Both the position numbers and the translations under genes were made by a program. Positions 18,437-27,385 of a stretch of 64,000 nt of DNA are shown in pieces. The notes below the pieces were generated by a model. It ran no database searches. It was not told where the DNA came from and worked only from the letters and a program-made list of their open reading frames with translations. Every line of letters begins with the position of its first letter. The stretch's first letter is position 1. The stretch is from a virus: IMG/VR virus record IMGVR_UViG_3300023174_000001, positions 71,070 to 135,069 of that record; one strand, 5' to 3'.

Positions 18437-18937
18437 ATGGGCACAAATGTTCATGGTCTGAAGCCAAAGCACTCCGTAGGCGAGCAGTTTGGTAGAAATG
18501 TTTGGGGCTGGACTCCGTTGATGGGCTACATCTCAGCACAGCACAAGAAGTTTGAGAAGTTGTTTGAGAAAAACCGACTCACAGAACTGCAAGCCAACAA
18601 AATTGCCGATGCATTATTTGACGACATCGCATCTGGCAAGGCCGAAGCATACGCCGATAAGTTTATGAATAAAATCGCTACCCTCCCTGAAGTCCCATGT
18701 GAATTTTGCGAGGCCACAGGCATCAGAAAAGATGCCGTAGGCATGGAAAAGGGTATGACCCACCTAGTGCTAGACCCCCGCCTCGCTCAACAACTTGGAA
18801 GACAGCGTGGGTGGTGCAATGGATGCTTTGGTTATGGGATGAAGAAGAGTTCCGACAGTGCTTACTATCTAGAACTTACGGATGTAGTGGAATTCGCCGA
18901 GTTCTTACGCAACTGTGGTGGAGCAAAAATATCTTAA
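18437..18937 (+). CDS. RNVWGW-motif protein with CxxCxxxG Zn finger (paralog A)
   Basis: FGRNVWGW, CEFCEATG, CNGCFGYG, EFAEFLRNCGG. Confidence 0.8.
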   Translation: MGTNVHGLKPKHSVGEQFGRNVWGWTPLMGYISAQHKKFEKLFEKNRLTELQANKIADALFDDIASGKAEAYADKFMNKIATLPEVPCEFCEATGIRKDAVGMEKGMTHLVLDPRLAQQLGRQRGWCNGCFGYGMKKSSDSAYYLELTDVVEFAEFLRNCGGAKIS

Positions 18938-19023
18938 AAAATCTTTTGCGACACGCTTGACAAATGTCAGATGTGTTGTGTAGATTATCTATGTATCCAC
19001 TCGACAACGAAAGGCAGATACAA

Positions 19024-19224
19024 ATGTACGAAGACTACGAAGACGAAAAACAGTATGTTAGAGAACTTTACTGGGAGTCAAAAGGTTTGGGCGGTTACGA
19101 CAGAGTTACCGTAGAGCCGATTGTTTTAGCAGGAGAAGAAATCTCTTGCCCTAAGTGCAACAGGATAAGAGACAAAGCAATAATCGAACAACACTTGCCT
19201 AAGTGCAGTGGGACTGGAGAATAA
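19024..19224 (+). CDS. Small Zn-finger protein
   Basis: CPKC...HLPKC. Confidence 0.6.
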   Translation: MYEDYEDEKQYVRELYWESKGLGGYDRVTVEPIVLAGEEISCPKCNRIRDKAIIEQHLPKCSGTGE

Positions 19225-19226
19225 AA

Positions 19227-19742
19227 ATGGGTATGGATGTTTATGGCACTAAGCCGAAGAACGAAACTGGAGAATACTTCCGCCGTAATGTTTGGGGCTG
19301 GAGAGGTCTTTGGGACTACTGCTTAGATACTTTTGAGATTGCTAACAAAGTAGAAGATGGGCACTCTAATAGTGGAGATGGTCTAAACGCCGAGAACAGC
19401 AGACAACTTGCTGAGCAGATGAAAGCAGACATAGCAAGTGGTGCCGCTCAGGACTACATCACAGCACGCAATCACAAACTGGCTAGTTTAGAGAGACTCG
19501 CTTGCGATACATGTGCTGGCACTGGTATTCGTACCGATGATGTTGGTGTCTTCCACGATATGCCGACAAGAGAGTTGTCTCCAGAGATGGCATCACTAAC
19601 TGGTCGCACACACGGATTCTGTAATGCTTGCTCTGGTGAGGGTAAGACAGACGACTGGGAAACTAACTATCAGTTCGACCTAGAAGACATTAAAGAGTTT
19701 GCCGAGTTCGTTGAGAACTCTGGTGGATTTAGGATTTGCTAA
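19227..19742 (+). CDS. RNVWGW-motif protein with Zn finger (paralog B)
   Basis: MGMDVYG..P....GEYFRRNVWGWR; CDTCAGTG; CNACSGEG; EFAEFVENSGGFRIC. Confidence 0.85.
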   Translation: MGMDVYGTKPKNETGEYFRRNVWGWRGLWDYCLDTFEIANKVEDGHSNSGDGLNAENSRQLAEQMKADIASGAAQDYITARNHKLASLERLACDTCAGTGIRTDDVGVFHDMPTRELSPEMASLTGRTHGFCNACSGEGKTDDWETNYQFDLEDIKEFAEFVENSGGFRIC

Positions 19743-19757
19743 AAGATGGAGAATAAA

Positions 19758-20006
19758 ATGAAAGCAAAGACAAAAACAGAAACAAAAATGAATACCGTTG
19801 CTTGGGATTGGTTTATCGCAAGATATACCAAGATGGGCTACAAATCACTCAACCAGTTTGCTATCGCAACTGGACTACAAAAGAGTAGCCTAAGTCGCTA
19901 CTTTCATCGCCAACGCCAGATGCCGTCAGGCATGATGGCAACACTTTGCCGAGAACTCAAAGTAACTCCTAACGAGTTGATGCGAGCCCTTGGGGAGTGG
20001 CAATAA
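19758..20006 (+). CDS. XRE-family HTH DNA-binding protein
   Basis: SLNQFAIATGLQKSSLSRYF...P......LC..L.VTP.EL. Confidence 0.8.
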   Translation: MKAKTKTETKMNTVAWDWFIARYTKMGYKSLNQFAIATGLQKSSLSRYFHRQRQMPSGMMATLCRELKVTPNELMRALGEWQ

Positions 20007-20170
20007 GACCCCGCTATAAGTAGCAAACACCTGAGGTATGTGTCTAAAATGCCTCTTTTTCTCCATAAACACCGATTTATGGGGTAAAATAGACCTCACA
20101 ACTGAATATAGTGTCACTTCGACAATAAACGACCCCAGTGCTAACTAACAAGGAAAGGTAAGGTCGCTAA

Positions 20171-20731
20171 ATGAAAAAGTATGTATTAAGTGCCAGCATA
20201 GTTTTAACTCTCGCTGGTTGTACTGCATCTGCCTCAATAGCAGATATGCAAACAGCATTAGTAACACCTATTAGTGCCGTAAAAGAAAAACAAACAGCAT
20301 CTAAAGAAGTATCAGTTACTCACTCTCTAATCAAAGAGGCTAAGAGTAGGCGTAATACCGTTAGGATGCAAAAACTAATAAAGTATCTGAAGACCCGTGT
20401 AAATAGGACTTCCTATGTGTTTTCAGGTTCCAGTCCCCGTGGGTGGGACTGCTCAGGTATGGTTCGATGGACTTACGAGCAATTTGGTTTAGAAATACCA
20501 CACTCCGCTAATAAGCAAGCACACATAGGACAAAGAGTGTCTAAACCAAAACAGGGAGATATCGTTGTATTCGCATACAAAGGCTCCACCTCTTTCTACC
20601 ACTCCGCCATCTATATTGGAAATGGCAAAATTATCAACGCACATTACGAGGCTGACTCCACGATTATTCAGCCACTTACCGACTACAAAAGTAGTCAGAT
20701 AAGGTTCGTAAGGTTAGTGCCCACCATGTAA
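20171..20731 (+). CDS. Secreted/lipoprotein NlpC/P60 cell-wall peptidase
   Basis: Signal peptide with LAGC; YVFSGSSPRGWDCSG, GDIVVF, HSAIYIG. Confidence 0.9.
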   Translation: MKKYVLSASIVLTLAGCTASASIADMQTALVTPISAVKEKQTASKEVSVTHSLIKEAKSRRNTVRMQKLIKYLKTRVNRTSYVFSGSSPRGWDCSGMVRWTYEQFGLEIPHSANKQAHIGQRVSKPKQGDIVVFAYKGSTSFYHSAIYIGNGKIINAHYEADSTIIQPLTDYKSSQIRFVRLVPTM

Positions 20732-20870
20732 AGGAACTCCCCGTCAGAAATGGCGGGGATTTTCTTTTACCGATAGACCTGGGTGGCAGGTTTTTCCTTT
20801 CAGGAATGTGCTTGACAACGGGAATATTTTGCTATAACTTATAGTTATTACACATGACGAAAGGCTTCAA

Positions 20871-21083
20871 ATGAAGACAATGTTTATTTCTATCCCTGTT
20901 GGGGCTCTACTTGTGATGCTAGCGTTTAGCATCAAGGCTGGGCTAATCAATCTAACTGCCGTTCAGGTGGCTGGAATGCTAGGTGGTATTGCTCTCCTAA
21001 TTGGTGGTGCTGTTGGCATCGTTGATGTTTGGCAGAACAGACCTGCTCAGTTCCGCCGTATGAGGAAAGGTCGTAGAGGCTAA
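20871..21083 (+). CDS. Small membrane protein
   Basis: Two hydrophobic helices and a basic tail. Confidence 0.7.
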   Translation: MKTMFISIPVGALLVMLAFSIKAGLINLTAVQVAGMLGGIALLIGGAVGIVDVWQNRPAQFRRMRKGRRG

Positions 21084-21274
21084 TGCGTATCAGACTTATA
21101 TCAACTACCGACCCTTACACCGACCTAAAGGCTGGAGACGAGGGAGAAGTTATCTCTACTAAGCAGAGCAATTGGCTTGGCTTTATTGACTACAGACTAG
21201 AAGTTCAGTGGGACAATGGCTCAACTCTGGCTCTCTATGAATCTCAGGATAAGTGGGAAGTAATCTCAGAGTAG
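21083..21274 (+). CDS. DUF4314-like SH3-fold protein
   Basis: RIRLI...DPY..L..GDEG.V.....VQWDNGSTLAL....D.W. Confidence 0.75.
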   Translation: MRIRLISTTDPYTDLKAGDEGEVISTKQSNWLGFIDYRLEVQWDNGSTLALYESQDKWEVISE

Positions 21275-21339
21275 AGATGCTTGACAATGATACCGATTGA
21301 CTGTATCCTTATAGCAACACAAACGACAGAAAGACCCTA

Positions 21340-22164
21340 ATGACAACACCAGTAATTATTGACACCGAGATAGCAGAAGTTATGAAGGCTATCGACACAA
21401 AGCGTAGTCGCATCTATCTACTGAATGAGCGTATTGCTTACAACAAAAAGCACGCTTGGCTATCAAGAGATACAGAGACTAAAGAAATAGAGCGAGACAA
21501 ACTCGATAAAGAGGTTGCCGAACTCGTAGAGAAACTTAGAACCTTAGAAAGTTTCTACACTGGCTGGTCTCGTGCGTTTTTAGTGCGGAATAGTAATGGA
21601 CACATTCACAGGAGTCGTGAGTGCGGTACTTGCTTTGACACAACTCAGTATGTTTGGCTTACCGATATGTCTGGTCGTGATGAACTAGAGATTGCGTTCC
21701 TTGCTGGTGAAAAGGCTTGTACTGTTTGCTACTCTCACGCCCCGTCTTCTTACTTTCTTCGTGAGAGCGGATTAGAAGACCCAGAAGTTACTGAGGCTCG
21801 TTTGGCTCGTCAGGCTCGTAAGGCAGAGATTGAGGCCAAGCGTCTGAAGACTGGCATCTGGAATCCAGATGGCACACCGCTAGTGGTGCTTGAATACGCA
21901 TTTAGTAGATACAAGACTGAGGTCAAGGCAGAAAGAACTGCTCAGTCAATTGCGGTCAATATGCTAGTTGGTATTCAAAGTATGGGTCGCTCACCTGAAG
22001 AGATTGAGCGTAGCAAAGATGCTATTGAAACTATCTTGATTGCCTTGGCTCACAAGCGAGGCACTTCAGTTGAGGAACAGCGTTCTCTAATTCAGACTAA
22101 AGCCGATGCTATGATAAAAAAGAACAAGCGTGATTATCCAGATGTGAATTGGTCTTCAAGATAA
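21340..22164 (+). CDS. Conserved hypothetical protein with Cys/His motif
   Basis: GWSRAFLV..SNGHIH...CGTC....WL...SG...ACTVCY. Confidence 0.8.
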   Translation: MTTPVIIDTEIAEVMKAIDTKRSRIYLLNERIAYNKKHAWLSRDTETKEIERDKLDKEVAELVEKLRTLESFYTGWSRAFLVRNSNGHIHRSRECGTCFDTTQYVWLTDMSGRDELEIAFLAGEKACTVCYSHAPSSYFLRESGLEDPEVTEARLARQARKAEIEAKRLKTGIWNPDGTPLVVLEYAFSRYKTEVKAERTAQSIAVNMLVGIQSMGRSPEEIERSKDAIETILIALAHKRGTSVEEQRSLIQTKADAMIKKNKRDYPDVNWSSR

Positions 22165-22185
22165 GCATCTAGGTTTGGGCTATAA

Positions 22186-22542
22186 TTGGATTACTTACAG
22201 CAAAGGATTATGATGGCAGAAGAAAAAGCATCTCCTACACCAAATAACTTCACTCAAATGAGTGCCGAAGATATGCACGCTCTCATCGAGAAAGAGGGCA
22301 AGAACTTTGTCACTCAGACTGAAGAGGGAGATATACCGCTAAATGACTACCTAGCATCAGAGGGGTTTGACCTTACTCGGTTGATGAACCTATTCTTTGC
22401 TTTTGAGTACTTTGAGCGTAGCAACCCTAGTCAAAAGAATTACGATGGCAGATATGGCTTGTTGTATGAAATTGTATATACTGAACTGGGTAAGTTGCTT
22501 GGCAATGACCTATACGGACCTGAGTATGTAATAGGTCTATAA
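22186..22542 (+). CDS. Hypothetical protein (start possibly ~22210)
   Basis: ORF fills the intergenic gap. Confidence 0.65.
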   Translation: MDYLQQRIMMAEEKASPTPNNFTQMSAEDMHALIEKEGKNFVTQTEEGDIPLNDYLASEGFDLTRLMNLFFAFEYFERSNPSQKNYDGRYGLLYEIVYTELGKLLGNDLYGPEYVIGL

Positions 22543-22574
22543 ACTAGACACAAACAAAGAAAGACAAAAAGACG

Positions 22575-22760
22575 ATGATACACAGGCTACTAAAATCCAT
22601 AAGCGGTATTGGTTTCAGACTTGGCCACTGGGCACAGTGGCAGTCAATGAAATTCCCTAGCAAGAAATACCGAAAGAGATACTTGACAAATGTCCTAGGC
22701 TATGCCTATGATTATCTTGTTGGAAAAATCCAACAACTAAAAGCCGAAAGGAAAAAGTAA
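22575..22760 (+). CDS. Small basic hypothetical protein
   Basis: Leader AGAAAGACAAAAAGAC shared with the 9574 gene; coupled to the next gene. Confidence 0.5.
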   Translation: MIHRLLKSISGIGFRLGHWAQWQSMKFPSKKYRKRYLTNVLGYAYDYLVGKIQQLKAERKK

Positions 22761-22999
22761 TGTCAGAAAAACTAATTGGGTTTACCGATGATGAAATCGC
22801 ATTTGCTGTATCAGTACTAAAGTACACAGGAACTAAACTTAAGGAACAGCACGATGCTAGCCACTCAGGTGTAGACCAGTTGCTAATCAACAGTTGGGCT
22901 ATCTCGACAAGCGAACTGCTATCTAAGTTTGAGGTACTGCTACCAACACCAGAGCCTTCAATCGCCGATGAAGACATTCCAGAGCGACCAGAGGCATAA
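22760..22999 (+). CDS. Hypothetical protein
   Basis: GAAAGGA RBS; terminator follows. Confidence 0.7.
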   Translation: MSEKLIGFTDDEIAFAVSVLKYTGTKLKEQHDASHSGVDQLLINSWAISTSELLSKFEVLLPTPEPSIADEDIPERPEA

Positions 23000-23092
23000 T
23001 TTATGCTCTTAGATAGAAAAGCCCCCCTAGCAGTCGCTAAGGGGGTTTTTCTCTGCTATGATTGACATTTGTCAAGTCAATCGAGGTGAATT

Positions 23093-23239
23093 ATGGAACT
23101 ATTTATTGCTCTAGCAACAATTTTTATATTTGTTTGTCTAACTGGGCTATCTATACTCTTCATAGCATTTTGGTTAGTAAATTCTGTTCTCGGAAGTAAA
23201 GAATCTCGGATAGATTACGGATTAGACGAAGAAGATTAG
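23093..23239 (+). CDS. Small single-pass membrane protein (48 aa)
   Basis: GAGGTG RBS; hydrophobic N-half and acidic tail. Confidence 0.6.
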   Translation: MELFIALATIFIFVCLTGLSILFIAFWLVNSVLGSKESRIDYGLDEED

Positions 23240-23312
23240 TAAAGACCCCCTTGACTTATTTATCAACATTTGATAGCATAAGGATATGGAAACAATGACG
23301 AAAGGACAGAAT

Positions 23313-24281
23313 ATGTCTAAAAAACTAACTGTCGCATATAGCGACGACTACCTAAATTGGAAACTAGGTTCAGGTGATGGCAATCACCCTACAAAGCCTA
23401 TCCGAGCAAAGATTGCTACCGACCATCTGGTTGAGGAACTTGGTGCGGACAATGTAGAAATCATTGAGCCTGAGTTCAGAGATGGAGACAGAGCCAAGAT
23501 TGAATCTATCCACGACCCCGTTTATGTGTCTCAGGTAATTGATGATGGAATATCTTTTGACTGGACTGAACAGAGGCCAGAGATGGGGCACACCGCTGCT
23601 CAGATGTTCTCAGGTACAGTACGCCTAGTCGAGAAGATGCTGGCTGGTGAAACTCAGGTTGGTTTCAATCCTCAAGGTGCTAAGCATCACGCACAAGAGG
23701 GTTGGAGCGAAGGCTTCTGTGTATTCAATGACCACGCTTGGGCTGCCAAAGAGTTCGTAAAGAATGGGCTCAAGGTTGTGTATATCGACTGGGATGTGAA
23801 TGCTGGAGATGGTGTTCAGAATTTGCTTGCGGACACTGACATTCCAACTTTCAGTATCCACGGACACGGAATCTATCCAACTCACTCAGACACTTGGCTC
23901 AAAGAAGCAGGTACAAGTGATAACTATGTTTACCAAAATGATGAGCAACACTGGTACAACTACTGCTTACAGCGAGACCAAGGCGACGAGGCTTTCAAGT
24001 GGGCTATTGATGAGATTGCCAAGAAGGTTGCCGAGTACAAGCCTGATGTCATTCTGCTAGCAACTGGAGCAGATGGGCACGAAGGCGAACACTGGGGCCT
24101 AAAGTACACATATGATGGCTACCACTATGCCGCTGGAGTGATTGCTGACCTAGCAAACAAGTATTCGGATGGTCGTGTACTCATTGGTGGTGCGGGTGGG
24201 TATCAACCATTCACACATACACCGAGAGTATGGGCCAATGTGGTCAAAGATATCTATCAGCAGACTCAGAAATCTGAGTAG
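23313..24281 (+). CDS. Histone deacetylase/AcuC-family Zn-dependent deacylase
   Basis: HP..P.R, IHDPVYV, GAKHHA, GFCVFND, YIDWDVNAGDGVQ, SIHG, GADGH, GAGGY. Confidence 0.92.
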   Translation: MSKKLTVAYSDDYLNWKLGSGDGNHPTKPIRAKIATDHLVEELGADNVEIIEPEFRDGDRAKIESIHDPVYVSQVIDDGISFDWTEQRPEMGHTAAQMFSGTVRLVEKMLAGETQVGFNPQGAKHHAQEGWSEGFCVFNDHAWAAKEFVKNGLKVVYIDWDVNAGDGVQNLLADTDIPTFSIHGHGIYPTHSDTWLKEAGTSDNYVYQNDEQHWYNYCLQRDQGDEAFKWAIDEIAKKVAEYKPDVILLATGADGHEGEHWGLKYTYDGYHYAAGVIADLANKYSDGRVLIGGAGGYQPFTHTPRVWANVVKDIYQQTQKSE

Positions 24282-24372
24282 ATGCTAGGATTGCGATGCG
24301 GGGAGATGTAAATCTCCTCCTGCATCGTGATTTGCACGAAAAACAGGGGTGACCCAGGTCAAGGAGTAGTAA

Positions 24373-24543
24373 ATGTTTGAATTTTGGAGCATCGTAGTGC
24401 TCGTAGTAGGTCTTCCACTGATTGCATGGCTCGCTTGGGTCGTTGACCACAAGAATGACTTCTTCGATAACGAGGATGAAGATGAAATTAAGCCACTTTT
24501 GGGTGTAGTAGCACCTAAAACTAAAGAAAAAGAGGAAAAATAA
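24373..24543 (+). CDS. Small membrane protein (56 aa)
   Basis: AAGGAG RBS; N-terminal TM segment. Confidence 0.6.
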   Translation: MFEFWSIVVLVVGLPLIAWLAWVVDHKNDFFDNEDEDEIKPLLGVVAPKTKEKEEK

Positions 24544-24713
24544 TGCCAAATTGGTGGATTATCGTAAGAGATATCGTTTGGGCTTCAGTTCTTGCTATTT
24601 TAGCCGTGATTTTGACTGTTTTGGTCGCTCTTTTTGCTCCAAGTAGCCTCGGACTCATCTGCGGACTTGGATTTTCAGCAATTGCGTTGTCAATTCTGGC
24701 TTTACGAGACTAA
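24543..24713 (+). CDS. Small two-TM membrane protein (56 aa)
   Basis: TAATG-coupled; hydrophobic. Confidence 0.65.
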   Translation: MPNWWIIVRDIVWASVLAILAVILTVLVALFAPSSLGLICGLGFSAIALSILALRD

Positions 24714-24867
24714 TTTAGCCTGGGTTGCCATTTTTTCATTGTAAATGATAAGAAATGGCAATTCCACCAGTAGCAAACACTACTTGCGTAGTTTTGCATA
24801 CCGATATAGCCTTTTATTAGGGACAATCGCCCACTTGGGGCCAAATAATAGAAAGAAAAATGACACA

Positions 24868-25416
24868 ATGAGTAAAATCAAAAAAGCAAACCAGAGTTTG
24901 CCACCCAATATAAAGTGGATGCTGGAAGATTCAATGAGTTCTGCGGATAGAGATAATCTAATTCGTTCACTGAACTTGATTGGTTGGACACAGAGTAGCA
25001 TTGCTCGCTCGCTAGATATAACCAGAGAGCGTGTTCGTCAGATATGCGTATCACCGATGGACTCGTCTGCTAGGACAGAGTTCAGACTGCCACTACCACC
25101 ACAGCACATAGTAAAAGAGAAGCGTGAGTTCATTGAGCCTAACCCAGAGATACTGGCTCGCTTGCTTGAACTACAGCCACTAGCACAGCAGGTTCGCTCT
25201 AATGCTATGCGGTTTAGAGCAGAGGCAGAAGAGTACAGTGCTCTAGTCGCTAAACTACACAATGAAGATGGAGTTACGCTATACCGATTGGCTCTTCGCC
25301 TAGGAGTAACTCACTCAGCATTGAGATTTAGATTGGCTCGCTATGGATACAAGACATCAGACAAAGGTGCTAGCAAAGTCTATACACCAATCAAATCCAA
25401 TAACCGAATTCGCTAA
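24868..25416 (+). CDS. Double-HTH DNA-binding protein (paralog of 28852-29376)
   Basis: GWTQSSIARSLDITRERVRQI and GVTLYRLALRLGVTHSALRFRL. Confidence 0.8.
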   Translation: MSKIKKANQSLPPNIKWMLEDSMSSADRDNLIRSLNLIGWTQSSIARSLDITRERVRQICVSPMDSSARTEFRLPLPPQHIVKEKREFIEPNPEILARLLELQPLAQQVRSNAMRFRAEAEEYSALVAKLHNEDGVTLYRLALRLGVTHSALRFRLARYGYKTSDKGASKVYTPIKSNNRIR

Positions 25417-25467
25417 TAGAGAAACCCACAGCAAATGTTGTGGGTTTTTCTATGTTTGTGATACATT

Positions 25468-25743
25468 ATGAGTATGAGTAATTTAGACAAAGTGACACAG
25501 AAAATGTACGAGAAGTACCACAGCCAACTGCCTTGGGAAACTCTCACCACCGAGCAGAAGTGTGCTTCGATGGCAACATCAATAACTAAAGTATTAGCCG
25601 ACCTTATGGAAGTGCGAGACTCTGGGGTACCAACACCAGCCCCAGTCGGAGGGATGAATACAGCAAAGATAGATGCTCTTGTTATGCTATCTGCCGATGT
25701 AGCCTTGCGTGGTCTTGAGTGTATGTTGAGGGACAGGGTATAA
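25468..25743 (+). CDS. Hypothetical protein
   Basis: ORF between a terminator and the tandem repeat. Confidence 0.6.
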   Translation: MSMSNLDKVTQKMYEKYHSQLPWETLTTEQKCASMATSITKVLADLMEVRDSGVPTPAPVGGMNTAKIDALVMLSADVALRGLECMLRDRV

Positions 25744-25752
25744 CCTGAGCCG

Positions 25753-25876
25753 TTTTGACTTGGCACTTTTAAAAATTGCCTTTCAAATTTAACCTGCTGC
25801 GATTTTTTGACTTGGCACTTTTAAAAATTGCCTTTCAAATTTAACCTGCTGCGATTTTTGACTTGGCACTTTTAAA
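25753..25876 (+). repeat. ~52-bp tandem direct repeat (two full copies and a partial third)
   Basis: TTTTGACTTGGCACTTTTAAAAATTGCCTTTCAAATTTAACCTGCTGCGAT starts at 25753 and 25805; partial copy at 25856. Confidence 0.9.
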
Positions 25877-25954
25877 TAGCAGCCATTTTTTACCTCGTGC
25901 TTTCATGCATCTTTTACCCAGGTTGCCAGTTTTTCCTTGTATTACAATGAAGAC

Positions 25955-27343
25955 ATGGCTAAATCTATTATGGAACAGTTGGCTGAACTACCAGAAGCCG
26001 AGCGTGCTCTAGCACTTGCTGGCATGGACCCAGAGACTTTGCTTTGGGACTGGTCAGTTTGGGGCAGACCTGAACAGCAAGCACCTGAAGGTGATTGGAA
26101 TATCTGGATGTATCTCGCTGGCCGTGGTGCTGGTAAGACTAGGAGTGCTGCCGAGTGGGTAAGAGAGCAAGCCAAGCACACTAACACGGGTCAAAGGCGT
26201 TTCGCTCTTGTTGCTCGTACTGCCGCAGATGTGCGAGATGTAATCGTTGAAGGTGAGAGTGGGATTATCAATGTGTCTCCTCCTAGCGAGAGGCCATTGT
26301 ATGAGCCATCAAAGAGAAGACTAACTTGGCCTAATGGCAACACTGCCACCTGCTTCACAGCAGATGAGCCTGACTCACTTCGTGGTCCTCAGTTCACTCA
26401 CGCTTGGGGAGATGAGGTCGCTGCTTGGAGGCAGACACCCGATGCTGCTGGTATGACAGCCTTTGACAACCTTCGTGTTGGTACTCGTCTAGGACAACAG
26501 CCAAAGATTATGATTACCACTACACCTAAGCGTGTGCCGTTGCTCTACAAACTTATTGAAGAGGCAAAGGGTGGTCGTGTAGTAATCAGTCGTGGTTCTA
26601 CAATGGATAACTCAGGCAACTTGTCTAGTGCTTATCTAGATGCTATTACTGGAGTGTACGCTGGTACTCGCCTTGCTCAACAGGAACTTTATGGCGAGAT
26701 GCTTGACAGCGTTGAAGGTGCTCTATGGACAGATGAGTTGATTGAACTAAACAGGCAGAATGCTCTTCCATTGAATACACCACTTCGTTGTATTGGTGTT
26801 GACCCATCAGTAGCAGAGAACCCTAGAGATGAATGTGGGATTGTTGTAGTCGCATCCACTGGCGAGAGAGATTTATATAAGCGTCAGGCTTGGGTACTTG
26901 AAGATGCTTCAGTACATGGCTCGCCTGAAGTGTGGGCTAACCGAGTAGTTGCTATGGCTCGTAAGTGGGGATGTCCAGTTATTGCTGAAGTAAACCAAGG
27001 TGGTGCTTTAGTTCGTAATGCTATCAATGCTATTGACCCTAACATCAAAGTATTAGAAGTACACAGCAAGTACGGTAAGCAACTTAGAGCAGAGCCAGTA
27101 GTGCTTGGGTATGAACAGGGTCGTGTACATCACATCGGGTTCTTAGCCGAACTTGAATCACAGATGCTTAGTTGGATTCCAGGTGAAGGTAAATCTCCAG
27201 ACAGAGTAGATGCTTTAGTCCACGCTCTTACGGCTCTTATGATTAAGCCACCTGCTGGATTTGTTGGTGGCAAACTAACTGCCAAATCAATGGCTAGTCG
27301 TAGAATGCCAGATGCTAGAAGTAGTTTGTTTAGATTGAGATAA
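25955..27343 (+). CDS. terL: Terminase large subunit
   Basis: Walker A AGRGAGKT, LRGPQF, Walker B AWGDE, TTTPK; nuclease GVDP, EVNQGG, SPDRVDA. Confidence 0.95.
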   Translation: MAKSIMEQLAELPEAERALALAGMDPETLLWDWSVWGRPEQQAPEGDWNIWMYLAGRGAGKTRSAAEWVREQAKHTNTGQRRFALVARTAADVRDVIVEGESGIINVSPPSERPLYEPSKRRLTWPNGNTATCFTADEPDSLRGPQFTHAWGDEVAAWRQTPDAAGMTAFDNLRVGTRLGQQPKIMITTTPKRVPLLYKLIEEAKGGRVVISRGSTMDNSGNLSSAYLDAITGVYAGTRLAQQELYGEMLDSVEGALWTDELIELNRQNALPLNTPLRCIGVDPSVAENPRDECGIVVVASTGERDLYKRQAWVLEDASVHGSPEVWANRVVAMARKWGCPVIAEVNQGGALVRNAINAIDPNIKVLEVHSKYGKQLRAEPVVLGYEQGRVHHIGFLAELESQMLSWIPGEGKSPDRVDALVHALTALMIKPPAGFVGGKLTAKSMASRRMPDARSSLFRLR

Positions 27344-27344
27344 A

Positions 27345-27380
27345 AGAAATCCCCCTACCAATTGATAGGGGGTTCTTTTT
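27345..27380. terminator. Bidirectional terminator between convergent terL and the phosphatase gene
   Basis: AAAAGAAA-TCCCCCTA..TAGGGGGT-TCTTTTT. Confidence 0.75.
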
Positions 27381-27385
27381 GTATC

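Larger units (their letters stand above)
2388..20846 (+). promoter_or_regulatory. 16 ECF (SigR/SigH-type) promoters, GGAAT-N17/18-GTT
   Basis: GGAAT starts at 2388, 2465, 4292, 6965, 7327, 10051, 11169, 11924 (GGAAG), 12403, 14219, 14608, 14883, 15316, 16478, 16872, 20821. Fourteen have an 18-nt spacer and two a 17-nt spacer; all are intergenic and upstream of + strand genes. Confidence 0.85.

Noticed and set aside
24290-24345. tRNA or riboswitch
   Set aside because: Single long hairpin; no cloverleaf, T-loop or recognisable aptamer. I found no tRNA or rRNA in the window.
25753-25876. Mini-CRISPR at the 52-bp repeat
   Set aside because: Units are head-to-tail identical with no unique spacers.
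25955-27343. Intein or intron in terL
   Set aside because: Normal length, contiguous motifs, and no splice or homing-endonuclease signatures.
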